DNA of 64,000 nucleotides from a virus: IMG/VR virus record IMGVR_UViG_3300023094_000009, positions 1 to 64,000 of that record; one strand, 5' to 3'. Shown piece by piece: positions 10,263 to 22,223 of this stretch (position 1 is its first letter; each line of letters starts with the position of its first letter). The notes under the pieces were generated by a model. It saw only the letters and a program-made list of their open reading frames with translations, ran no database searches and was not told where the DNA came from. The position numbers and the translations under genes were made by a program.

Positions 10263-13200
10263 TCATATATGAGTTGTAATTGTAAAAACATAACCTGTGG
10301 TTCAAAAGAAGGTGAACAGCAGAAAGTATTGATGTCTCCAAAGCATATGACAGAATATCTGCAAAAGAGAAGAGATAGAGGAATGTCCAAATTTATTCTA
10401 ATTGACCCTTGTATCACAGAAGAAATTCAGTATCTATGGGGGAATGGTATTTTTACTTATGGATGCTGTTGTGGACATAACTACTTAGATTCATTTGTAA
10501 ATGTAGATGAAAAAGATATTCAATGGATGCTTGATAATGGATATGTGCAGAATCACGCTGATAAAACAAGAAAAGACACATTTAAATTGAAAAGCGTATG
10601 ATGCAAAAAATTAAATTCTGTTGGGAAGTACTAAAAGGCAGATCAGGAAGTTGGGTATTCTTTATACTTGATGAAAAGCAACAAATGCAGATACTAAATA
10701 AAGAAGAGGCTGACCTAACTCTGAACTACATACAGGTAGACAAAAAAGTGATGGAAATAATTGCAAGCAAATTAAGTAGATGAAATTCAACAACCAAAAA
10801 GTAACAAATAAAATCATTCAGTATGCCAGAACCAAGGAAAAATTGGAAGTGGTGTATGGTAAAATGAGATGGAATTACAAATGTCATTTAAACTCTGTCC
10901 ACGAAGCTTGGCGCAAAGGATATGACAAAATAGCAATGGTTGTTCAAATAGAAGATGATTGGTGTTGTATTCATTTCTTGAACTATGATGGAGAAAAATT
11001 CATCGACAATACTTTAGGAGAATGGAGCAGATGCTACGAGTATAGATTTATCAAGTTTATTGGTGAAGATGAATTTAGAAACGTAGGCGGAGTGTTTGAG
11101 AATTATCGTGAGTATCTGAGATCAAAACTTTCTTGGTGGGAACGGTTGACAAGTAATGTCCAGTTTTAAGTGCAATAAACTTGACAAATTAGTCTCTGAA
11201 ACCTATGATACGATTAACTTATAGACAATCCACCTAACCAAATAATTACCACTAGGTGAAAATTCTGGCAAAATTAGAAAAGATGGAAAAGATAAAAGCA
11301 GCAGATGGAGGAAGACCTTCATATTTAGATATTGAAACACCAGAAGGATACATTTCCTATTATGAAGAATGTTGCCCCGGAATGCCAATTGAGGTAGCAA
11401 GGAAACTATTTGAAGACGCTAGACCTAAAGTGATAGGTGCTGATTTCAAGGGAATAATTATTACAGGAACAAAAGGAAACGATCATGGAAATAGAAAATA
11501 CAATCTTACAGATAATTGCTGATGCTAACAGGTTTAGGAATATTCATGATAACTTGTATATAGACAAAGAGAACAACAAGTTCGTAGCCACACAATATGG
11601 GTTCATACCTGATGAAATTTACAATACAGAGCTCCTAATTCGGCAACATAAAATTGAAACGGAGAAACTTACCTCAGAAATAAATAAACTGAACAACAAG
11701 TTAGACGATGCTGATTATGATCTGATAGTGGCACGTAAAGAGGTAACTAAACTACAAGAAAAATTAAAAAATACCAAGCAAGAAGACAAACAAGTTGCTT
11801 ATAATAAAGGAGAGATAAAACACCTAAAGGAGACTAGACAAGCCTTAAAGGATAAAAACGATAGATTAAAGAAAAGTAATTTAGAATACCAAGAAGTTTT
11901 ATTTCAGTTTCTTTCTGGCGAAAATTATATAAAGGCTATGAATAAGATGAGAGAATTTGAAGCAGAACAAATTATTGAACTTTTTAGTGGAGAACTCACA
12001 CAGGAAGTGTTCGATAAAACAAAAGAGGAAACTAGAGTAAATCCTGACTACGAAAAATTTTACGCCTAATGAGATTTGAGTATGAATGCCCTAAGTGCTA
12101 TAATGAAATGGAAGGAAGTTTTGGAGATAACGTTTATTGCGAAACATGCGATGTGAGTTATGAGACCGATTGGGACTACACTTCAGGGGATAGCATGGGA
12201 GCATGGTTATCAGGAAAGAAATACACAGGAAAAGTTGATATCGAGTAGTCCCACAAACAAAACTGAAAAGTAAAAGATAATTTACAAAAACAATACAAAT
12301 TGTAAAAAATATTTAACGTTATGAGACTATTTGAAATACAAGTTGACGGTGAAAAAGAAAGAATTGGAGCAAAGAATCCAATTGAAGCTTTGAAATATTA
12401 TCTAGATTTAACTAACAGTGATTTAGACTGGGTCGATGACATTATCGAAATCCCTAAAAATAATTGGAAGTGCATTACAGTTAAGAATTGGGATCACGAC
12501 CCTGAAAATCCAGATGATATGATGGAATCATGGACAGCAGAAGAACTCATGAAAGGATTAACATCTCCTGAACATATTTCGACAAGTTGTATACCTTAGA
12601 TTCTTGATTCGCGAATTGAAAATTAAAAATAGGATAAATGAAATACATTGAAAATTTCCATGAAAATTTAGAAAGTAAAGAGAGTGGATACATCACTTTG
12701 GAGGGAGATATTACTCAAACAAAAACCAACTTGGCTTACGTAAAAGGAAATTCTAAGAATAAACCTCTTATTATGAGCACTGGATTATGTTCATCTTGGA
12801 ATGATATTGAAATTTTCACTAACTATGTAAGAAGCACGGATAAATAAGACGATTTAAGACACTTAAAATATATCAGATGTATAAGTAGTCCAGATATCAG
12901 GTAAAAGTGCCTTAAAACAATTAAAAACAACAAAATATGTATTTTAAGAAATTAATACAGGCTTTCATTATTGCTATGATAAGCTCCGCAATAGTTGGAT
13001 GGGTAATTATAGAACTAATAATTTGGCTTTGTAACCACATTTCAATTGATTGGAACTAATGAGCATTGAATATAAATCACCTGTAGACGGAAAGATGTAT
13101 TCTTTCAACTATCAAGAGTTAAAGGAAAAGTATTTTGAGATAAATGAAATGTCTGATTCAGTTTTTTCTTCGCGGATTCCTGAGATATTACATTTCTGTT

Positions 13201-14977
13201 GTTTTGTAGGATTTTTAAAAGGCTTGGACAGTTCAATACTGTTAGGTGACGGAGGATTGATACACGAGCTTGTACACCTTCTCCATATTCCAGAAGAGCC
13301 TTTGATTAATCTGGATGAAATTAGAAAGAATTTTAAAATATTAATGAGGTTGGCATGAAATACGAAGAAGGATTAGACATGAATCAGTTCAATAGAGTGG
13401 ATGAGATAAGTCATTATAATCATAATTATTATATAGGACTCTCTCCATTTGATTTACTATTTGAGAAATCAGATGACGATGATACTTCTGAATGGTACTT
13501 AATAAAAGGAAAAGATACAATTTTTTTAGGAGAGTCGTATTGTTCAGATGGAGACAAGCTTCGTGTGCGATTTGCTTAACAGAGAAATAAAAATACACTT
13601 ATGACAGAAAAAGAAATATACGAAGAAATTATCAACTACATCAAAACTGATGCAGAAATAGCAATTCCAATAGGCAGATACTTCAATGTAAACGGAGGAC
13701 ATATAACCAAGAATGAGTATGGTAAAATCCTTCTTGAAGTTTTGTGTGAAGAGCTTGAAAATAAATTTTTGAGAGATGCGGAAAAAAGAAACTAAATTTA
13801 ATTATGGAAGTGTAGAACTTTCCATGGCAGATTTCAAAGTCACACTCTAAATTCTCCTGATTGGTTTTTTGGAATAACGAAAATCTGTACTAAATGCGGG
13901 TTCATTACTAATGAAGGAAAGTTTAAAAGTCATAACTAATTTCGCGCGAAAAACAAATAAAAATGAAAATAATCAAACAAGGAAAACTACCAGAACAGAG
14001 TAAACAAATTACATGTAAGAAGTGTGAGACAGTTTACTCTTATACTCGTGCAGATGTTTTATCTGATTTCAGGGATCAGGCAGAATGGGTAAGGTGTCCA
14101 GTATGCAACTTAGTTAAAGTGGTAAGACACCCTCAACAGCAAACAAATAGGATGGATGACTAATTAAAAAATAAAAATTATGAACTTTAAAGCAGAAGAA
14201 TCAAGACCACATGAAGAAATTATCTTTGAGATGGCACAAGGTAAGAAAAGAACTACTAAAGAATTAGAGCATTATTTAGATGGGATTTTTGACTTTCTGG
14301 AACACATATACGGACTAAGCTATAAGCTAGAAATCCAATCAAAGTTTTATCTACTAAAAAAGGAAAAGGAGTCAGGTTGGGTGGAACAAGGTATGAGACT
14401 AATGTGGGGTAATCCAAAATCGAGAAAAGAATGAATAAACAAGTACACCTTTACAACGAAGATGGAAGTGAGAGTAAAATTAACCACTACCTAGATTGCA
14501 GAGATGGAATTGTTTCAGTTGTTAAGTTCAGAACTGATTCAGGATACGGGTCTCCTGTAGAAGCATATCTATGTGAGAATACAAAACATGAAGAAGTCTC
14601 TCTAATAATCAGAGATGGTAAGTATGAATCCAGTATAGACTTTGACACAGACTCTTGGAAATATATTGAAGACCTGATCAATGGTAAAGGAGAAGTGGTG
14701 AGGAGTTATATGGCAAATCGTTAATATGAAAGATAACACAGTAATTGTAGTTGATCTAAGTAACTACAAAAAAGAGTACCAAGAGAAAGTTCCATTCAAG
14801 GGTATCATCACAGCAAAGTATGATAATGAACTCTGGGTGGAAAGTCTGGTGACAGACAAAGAGTATTTAATTTACTACACTCAGTGTTTAGAGGGTCTGC
14901 CTGTTGAAGACATTGAAAAGATGATTGACTTGAGTAAATATTGATCGCCAGAAAAAGAACTGAAAAGAAAAACAATC

Positions 14978-15226
14978 ATGAAATACAGAAAGAAACCAGT
15001 AGTAATAGAAGCAAAAGAACTTCTATACACTACAACATCACAAGAAGAAATAATCAAGTGGTCAAACAATAATATAAAGAAAGGATTAGACGGAGGGTTA
15101 ATAATCCCAACCCTTGAAGGTGATATGACAGCCAGTACAGGAGACTTTATCATCCAAGGAGTGCAAGGTGAATTCTATCCATGTAAGCCTGACATCTTTA
15201 ATCTTACTTATGAATTAGCAGAATGA
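14978..15226 (+). CDS. conserved small phage protein (YRKKPVVIEA family)
   Basis: YRKKPVVIEA...IPTLEGDM...GDFIIQGVQGEFYPCKPDIF..TYE. Confidence 0.8.
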   Translation: MKYRKKPVVIEAKELLYTTTSQEEIIKWSNNNIKKGLDGGLIIPTLEGDMTASTGDFIIQGVQGEFYPCKPDIFNLTYELAE

Positions 15227-15668
15227 AAAAAGAACTAAATAAAATAGCCAAGAAGTACGGATGCACTATTACAGAATTTAACTACGTGAACAATTTTGAT
15301 TGGCGATACTATGGAATCAGAATGGATGACAAAGAGGGTCTGCATCTAGATGAATACGCTTTTGAATATTGTGTGAGTGATCCAGAAGGTAAGGAACAGC
15401 AGTTAGTGTTATTCGAGGATTTTATTAAAGGTCAAATTGAACTCTAGAACTCGCCGAAAAAAGAACTGAAAACAAACAAAATAATCATGAAAGACTACCT
15501 AATAGCATACACATACCAAGACAAAACATTCCCTAATAAGAAGAACAGACCTTACAGACTAGTGAGAGCCAATTCACCTGAGGAAGCCATAGAAAAAGTA
15601 AGGAAAATATATAGAGAATGTAATACAGAACTAGAAGCAATAATTAACATGACAATAGAATAGACCTA

Positions 15669-15708
15669 AGCCCTTCCCTATTAAATTAGCGGAGGGTTTT
15701 TCCTTTTT
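15669..15708 (+). terminator. intrinsic terminator ending the upstream gene block
   Basis: GCCCTTCC...GGAGGGT imperfect stem followed by T-runs. Confidence 0.7.
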
Positions 15709-16204
15709 GGAGAGGGACTTAATGAGGGAGTAGTGGGGGGGGGAGATCTTTATTGTGAGGGTAGGCTTAAACTTGTCAGGGGTAACAAGAGGCTTTGTTG
15801 GGGGTCATATCTAAATTTCTCTCTATATCATTCGTGAGCACCACCATTTACCACCGTTTGCCAACCCCACTATCCCGTTTTTAAATGTACCCCCGCCTTT
15901 GCAGATCTATGGTTAAATTTTTCAGGCAGGTTTTTCAGATCTTTTCAGGGCTTGGAAGTTTATTTAGTTCACTCCGTTTTGTCTTGCTTGTATGGGTGTG
16001 TGTATAGGATAGTACCTTTACAGTTTGTTTATTTCCTTGTGTTTTTAGCTTTTTTGCGCGGAATATGTACATATATGCGTTGTATTACTCTATCTTTTTC
16101 GGTTCGCTTACATAGGTATTAAAAATCTGCGTAAGTCCCTTAGAATCAAAATCATATTCTTATTTAGAATCATTACAAATTACAATATTATTTGTTAAAA
16201 TGTA

Positions 16205-16234
16205 TTGTCAATCCAAACAATCACCTTATCTTTG
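16205..16234 (+). promoter_or_regulatory. strong host-type (early) promoter P1
   Basis: TTG-N19-TATCTTTG, the Bacteroidota -33/-7 consensus; shares ATTGTCAATC with P2. Confidence 0.8.
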
Positions 16235-16286
16235 TTGTGTAGCCGGAAGGCATAGTAAATAAGGTAAACGTTAAAAATTTAACACT

Positions 16287-16490
16287 ATGAGACATCAAGA
16301 ACTTGTTACAAAAATAGAGAATGCTAGCACGACAGCAGAGTTAGAGACTATTGTGGAATCTATTCCTTTACAGAAAAATGGGCACAGAACAGCAATGGCA
16401 AGGCATTTAGACGACACCTTTTGGTATATCAACCTTGACAATGTTCAAAAGCAAAAAGATAATCTTTTAAGGATTCTCAAAAGCTACTAA
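16287..16490 (+). CDS. hypothetical early protein, directly followed by a ribozyme
   Basis: ORF track; first ORF after P1. Confidence 0.75.
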   Translation: MRHQELVTKIENASTTAELETIVESIPLQKNGHRTAMARHLDDTFWYINLDNVQKQKDNLLRILKSY

Positions 16491-16496
16491 AACAAA

Positions 16497-16560
16497 AGTC
16501 GTTTGAGCGACTATAAACAGAACTTTAGGCTCAAAGCGTAACCCTTCGGGGTTGGTAGTT
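16497..16560 (+). ncRNA. pistol self-cleaving ribozyme
   Basis: P1 AGTCG/CGACT with loop TTTGAG; linker ATAAACAG; P2 AACT/AGTT; TTAGG; pseudoknot strand CTCAAA; GCG; P3 AACCC-TTCG-GGGTT; G|T cleavage site at 16555/16556. Same register as the env25 pistol. Confidence 0.93.
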
Positions 16561-16730
16561 ACAACGGTAATTAAATAAGAAACAAATAGCATACTAAAAA
16601 CTACTGGCTTAGTCCTTGTCAATGTGAACGGGTGAAAGTAATAAGAAAGGGGTAAGAGAAAGGCTTTACAATTTGTTTCTGCATGATTGACAAAGGGATT
16701 AGATTAGTTTCAATACAACGTAATTAAAAG
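16561..16730 (+). ncRNA. candidate pseudoknotted RNA downstream of the ribozyme
   Basis: AGAAACAAAT(16578)/ATTTGTTTCT(16671) crosses TTGTCAAT(16616)/ATTGACAA(16686); no ORF. Confidence 0.5.
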
Positions 16731-16802
16731 CGGAGTAAACACTCTAGCACGGCACAAAGAAACTGAAACAAAAGAAAATTTAAATTTTCTTCAAATATTC
16801 CA

Positions 16803-16832
16803 TTGTCAATCGAAATAAAAGTTGTAACTTTG
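16803..16832 (+). promoter_or_regulatory. strong host-type (early) promoter P2
   Basis: TTG-N19-TAACTTTG. Confidence 0.8.
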
Positions 16833-16836
16833 ATAT

Positions 16837-17330
16837 AAGCAAAAGGGGAATAAGCCTAGCGAGGCTAAAAAGAAAACCCAAAGCAATAACAAACTGAAAT
16901 AAATAAAGGAAATCTAATTTCCAACGCATACGTTCAAAAGGTCAACGGTTAAGATTGACACCAGTAAAAGACAACAATGCAAAGTTTCAGTATTTAGGTA
17001 AGTTAATTGACATACAAATATTAATACATAGATTACTTCATAATGAATAGGAGAGACAATTTTAATTGTTTCCCACCGAAAGTTATCAAAGGATTGAGTT
17101 AATAGGAATTGGGTGCAATATTTACAGTTCGGGATATTGGTTACACTGAAATAATAGAACGGTTGTTGGGAGATTCTCCGCGAACAACACAAAAAATCAA
17201 AAAGACATTAGAAATAAACAAATTTAGCTGAATATAAACAGCTATGGAAATCCTGTAAGGTTACAACTTACGTTTGTTTAACTTTCACCCTTTCAAATCT
17301 TGGTTGATTTGTTGGGGGCTTTGCTATACA
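16837..17330 (+). ncRNA. candidate large structured RNA (~490 nt)
   Basis: No + strand ORF of 60 aa or more; many nested helices and end-to-end pairing (see findings). Confidence 0.6.
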
Positions 17331-20300
17331 GCACAATTTTAATAATCATTTAAAAATACTAGCATGAGCAATCTATTAGTAAGTCCAAGACGAATTTTCA
17401 TGGCGATTCCTGCGTGGAATATTTCAGCACCAACGATCATAGGGGAAATTGAACAAGTAGTTGAACGTGCAGTAAATCACGTAGACTTTAAAAACGGTAT
17501 TGAATCAATCAAGGAATTGAGCGGTACGAAATTCGTTAGAGTTTCAAAGAAAGAAATTGAATCTTTGTTATCATATAACGAAGAGGATATTAAGTTATAC
17601 AAACAATTGATTAAAAGGTATTAGTTATGACAACAATAGATATTCAAGCAAAAGAATGGTTTGACAAAGTAAACGGAAATAGTTACTTTTCAGCCGTTGC
17701 AACAATTGATTTCGGAAAAGAAACTGAAAAACAAATCAACGTACCATTTCAATACGGATATGGAGATCACTATATTTACCAAACTTTCCATGAGTTACAA
17801 ACTGGTGGATTTCTACCATCAAATGAAACTATTTATTCTCCATCAAGGTGGGCGCGGGAAAAAGGGATAGAACTAAGAACAAGTAAAAAAGAGAATTGTC
17901 TCAAACGTGAAGTTAAAAACTTTGAAGCATGAAACAGATACAAAAATTAGTGGAGGATATTGCAAAGATTGCAGGGCTTCCAATATCAAGACAACAAGCA
18001 AACGAAATGCAGAAAGATTATTTTCTTCATATTGAATATGCCAGACATTACGGTGGTTATCGTGTCGTGAATGTCAACGTTAAACATGGAGGTCATTCAG
18101 GTGCATTTGGTGAATCTGCTAGTTGTGGTCGTAGATCAAAGGGACAAATGATTGATTTTCTAACTGGTTATTTAAATGCAATCTCATGAAATCACCAAAC
18201 AAAATACCTGTAATGTCTGGCGGGATGCCTGTATACATTACTTTAAGAAAATTTGACAGGCTTCTGCATGAATGGAAGCTAAGTTTTAATACACATTGGA
18301 AGGTGTGGACAATAATTGAATGATTATGAAAACACAAACAAAATGCTTTGTAGTTTTTAGCGTTGCTATGACTACATTGATTATAGTATTAACTTCTTGC
18401 GGACTTGTTAAGGTTTAGTTTTCAGTCTTTTCTTTCCGCGAAATAAAAATAACAAAAATGGATAATTCAATATACGGATGTTTAGATAGAGACGATTGTC
18501 TTATTGATACAGCCTTAACATTGCGTGGTGCTAAATGCCATGCAACTAGAAACGGTTATACAAAAGTTGGTAGGCGTGTTGGTTACAATGTAATTAACGT
18601 TTGGGAGAAAGTTAATGGTAAATGGGTGGAACTATAACCCAATCCGGGCGAAATAAAAACAATGCAAAACAACACTACAATAAAATGCCATACAGTTAAT
18701 CCAACTGAAGGGCATGATAAAAATCAAACACCAAAATTTATAACACATTCACATCTTAGATCTTGGTGGGGATTTGACAGAGGATCATTTAACGACGATC
18801 TGTATAAAAGAATTTGTGATATTAAAGCTAAGAACTCATGAAACTTGATAAGACAACATTAACAAATATTTTAGTAGGTAAGTTAAATACTATTTGCCGA
18901 ACAAATGAAAACAATGTACCTTCTATAAATAAGGTATTGAAAATGGAGACGAAAGTTATCCTTTCTGTTGATCATAATTGTGGATTGACAATGGATGAAT
19001 TTGACGAGGTACTAAGCAACCTAAATAACTTTACAGAAGTTCAGTGGGAACGCAGAAATCATTTTTTCAGTTTCAGCGGGGTTGTCAGTGTAACTATTCT
19101 TTGGGATTAGGTATGAGTAGATTAATCTGGATTCCTATTATAGGACTTTTGGCAATGTTTATTTGCACTGAATATGGAAGATATAGAACAATCTACTTTG
19201 CAGGTTCTTTGTGGTTTCCTTATCAACTTATCTCATTTTTTACACTGTTATTTATTTTCTACCCATGAAAAAAGAATTTTTGTATACAACAATAGGGTAT
19301 TTAATTTTAGGATTAATTCTCTATCCATGCTTAACAAAGGATGGGAAATTAGTAATCCCATATTTAATATCTATTGTGTGGGTTGTAACACTTGTAATCA
19401 CTTACTTTGATATAAAATCGCGCAAACAAAACTGAAAAAAACAAAAGAAAATTATAAATTTTCCCGCAAATGAAAACTCTAAAACTAGACAACATAACAG
19501 AAGGACAAAGTAAAACACTATTCCATTCTGTAAAACTATATGAGATGTACCAAAATGTCATCTTATACGCCAACAGCCATATCCTCTATAGAGACTTTGA
19601 GAAGAAACTAGACAAGTTAGGCTTCAGATTTTCAAACATGAAAGGAGACGGAGTATGCAAAATCGTTGTACGTGAGAGAGACAACGAAGATGTTAAATTT
19701 TTATTTATTTATTGAGATATGGAATTAAAAGAGATATTGTCAAAGATTGAAAATCTACTAGACAAACAGTATAACAAAACATTGACATCTAAAGAGGAGA
19801 AAAAGTTAAAAGAATTAAAGAAATTGAGAGACAATTTCGGGCAATAAAAACTGAAAAACAAAACATTATGATACAATTCAATAACAAAGAACAAGCATTA
19901 GAGTACCTAGATACTCAAGATTGTTACCTATCAAATCCAAGAGAGATTATAGGAGGTGGAATAACAACATTACCAAGCGGAATTGTCTTGGTGGTTGGTG
20001 AACTTAAGACAAATTAGGAGGTATGAATCAAAGAAGTGTATTTGAATTTGGGGACGAATATATTTGTACTTTCTTTTACGATTGTAACACAAACCAAGAC
20101 GGTATTGAAGTTCGCAGGAATGGGGAATATTTAGGTTCAATAGTTGGTCTGGAAATACCAGATATTGAGGACGAAGAGGAGTGTATTAAATTTGATAATA
20201 ACGTCATAGACTGGTTAGAGGGGTGGTAAGGTAACGTATTACTACCGTAGTAATGATACTATACAAGATATTTATGAGCCCTTTATAGAGGGTAAGAACG

Positions 20301-20934
20301 AAGGAGCGGTACACTGGATGAACATTAGAGCCTACACAAAACCCGCGGGAAAATAAAAACTGAAATAAAAAAATAATCATGAAAAAATCAATTATAATAG
20401 TATCTTTGCTTTCAGTTTTGACAGCAAGTTGCGCCAAAGAAGAAAACTACAAAAAATGTAACAGTAAATACCTAGACAACAAAGACGGTATCTACTACCC
20501 TACATACACAAAGAAAAACAAATGCTACTACATGAAAGGCGTAGCAACAAACACGTTCAAGAAGATTGATAATTCAAATTGTGATTGTCTTTAAAATTAG
20601 AGAATATGGAAACTATATCAAAAGAGATCCTTTTAGACAAAGGATATAGAGAGTGGAAACCAAACCACTACCAAAAATTAATCAGTAATGATAGTGGTAA
20701 AAAATACTTTATCAATATCATTAATACCGATTTTTCCACTATGCAATCTGATCTAGGTCAATGGTGGACTCCAAGCGTACAACTAGAAACAGATAAAGGA
20801 TCTGTTAATTTTGAGTTGGTACAATGGTTCAATGGCTCTGGAAAGTACTCAGGCAGAACTATAGAAGAGGTCGAAGATTATTTTGAATCCCTATTTGAAT
20901 TTCACAATAAACCCTACTACGACCTGTATTGAGG

Positions 20935-20996
20935 GAATGGTTAGCTGAACATGGTGGGCAAAATGGTACTTTGTTGGGGGTTCGATTCCCCTATTC
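20935..20996 (+). pseudogene. degenerate tRNA-like remnant
   Basis: T-arm GGGG-TTCGATT-CCCC and acceptor-like GAATGG/CTATTC; too short, no proper anticodon arm. Confidence 0.45.
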
Positions 20997-21285
20997 GGCG
21001 CAAAAGAAGAAATAAAACTGAAAAAATGAAAACAAAATACTATCAAATAGTAGAAACTACTAGTAACAGCGACTATCCAAATGTAGGGGTAATTAAAGTG
21101 ACAGATAACATATATCCACTGGAAGAAATGAAAGAAGCCATAAGCAACTACTTAGGGGTAGATTTAACAATAATTTCAGTTATTTCAGATGAGCACGGTT
21201 TAAGGATCGACTTTAAACTTGATGGAGGGTACAAAGACTATATGAGAGCAGAGGAAACTTGGTTATATCTATAAAATTACTAGAC

Positions 21286-21471
21286 ATGGAAAACAATAAC
21301 AGAAAATTAGCTTTAGAGTGGTAGAATAGCCTATCTGAGGACACCAAGACAGAAATGAAGGCTGGGTATGACCAACTAATTTCAAGACCCTTAGACAGCC
21401 TAACAGGACGTGAGATACAAATTGTGTGGCACGTAGAGAAAGATATTAACGGCTCGGGCAAAACAAACTGA
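21286..21471 (+). pseudogene. small ORF with in-frame TAG
   Basis: MENNNRKLALEW*NSLSED...LTGREIQ; TAG at 21322. Confidence 0.55.
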
Positions 21472-21925
21472 AAAACAAACACTTGTAACACTATACATAC
21501 AAAAGAAAGACTTAAACAGTACTCTCTACATACTATCTAAAGCAATTAACCCTTCACAAGACCTAGACACTTTAAAGGCAACATACGACCCAATTGAAGT
21601 CTCTATAAGCAGAAACAATGTAATGCTGGCTAATCAAGTGGCAATACAAGTAACTTATGAAGAATATGAAGCTATTGAATACTTTATAGGAGGATTTAAT
21701 TAAACCAATAAAAATAATCATGGAAGTACATAAAAAATACACCGTATACGAATTAACCAGTATAATGGGAAGCGACAAGCAAGCCTTAGAAAAAGTACAG
21801 TTCAAGGGATTCGTATCAAATAGCTTTGACACAGAAGAGGAAGCTATTCAGGCATTGATTGCCGATGAAAAAACTTATGAAGATTACGTAATCCTCTTGC
21901 AAATTTGTATTACTAGGAATTAGAT

Positions 21926-21956
21926 TTGGATTATTGAAAAGTAATTAGTATATTTG
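21926..21956 (+). promoter_or_regulatory. host-type promoter
   Basis: TTG-N20-TATATTTG upstream of ORF 21975. Confidence 0.65.
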
Positions 21957-21974
21957 TACTTTAATTCTGAATAA

Positions 21975-22223
21975 ATGTATATAATTATCAACAAAGAAAC
22001 CCAAAAGGCAACGATTTGTGGAGAGAAAACCATAGTTGCAGACCTTTTAAAGTGTCACAGGCATACAATTCTTAAACGATTTACTAAAAATCATGTGTGG
22101 GAAAGAGAAAAAGAGATCGTTTATTACACCAGTGATGTAAGAACTTCAAATAAAACAGGAAATAAAGATACCTACGCAGTAAAAATTGCTAAATCTAGGA
22201 AGGAAATACCATGTAATAAGTGA
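21975..22223 (+). CDS. small possible HTH DNA-binding protein
   Basis: VADLLKCHRHTILKR resembles a helix-turn-helix. Confidence 0.45.
   Translation: MYIIINKETQKATICGEKTIVADLLKCHRHTILKRFTKNHVWEREKEIVYYTSDVRTSNKTGNKDTYAVKIAKSRKEIPCNK

Larger units (their letters stand above)
9525..15663 (+). other. block of ~20 short co-oriented hypothetical phage ORFs
   Basis: Abutting or overlapping + strand ORFs, e.g. 9771-9992, 10260-10601, 10780-11169, 11485-12069 (coiled coil), 12321-12599, 13050-13358, 14431-14724. Confidence 0.75.

Noticed and set aside
11256-11522. Terminase ATPase fragment (YYEE...GIIITGT.G)
   Set aside because: The resemblance is too short and weak, and no Walker A motif is present.
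12853-12916. Inverted repeat TTTAAGACACTT-N40-AAGTGCCTTAAA as a miniature mobile element
   Set aside because: Single clear copy, no target duplication and no transposase; function unsupported.
16837-17330. tmRNA, RNase P RNA or group I/II intron
   Set aside because: No tRNA-like ends or tag ORF, no RNase P P4 signature, no recognisable P7 or domain V motif, and no interrupted gene.
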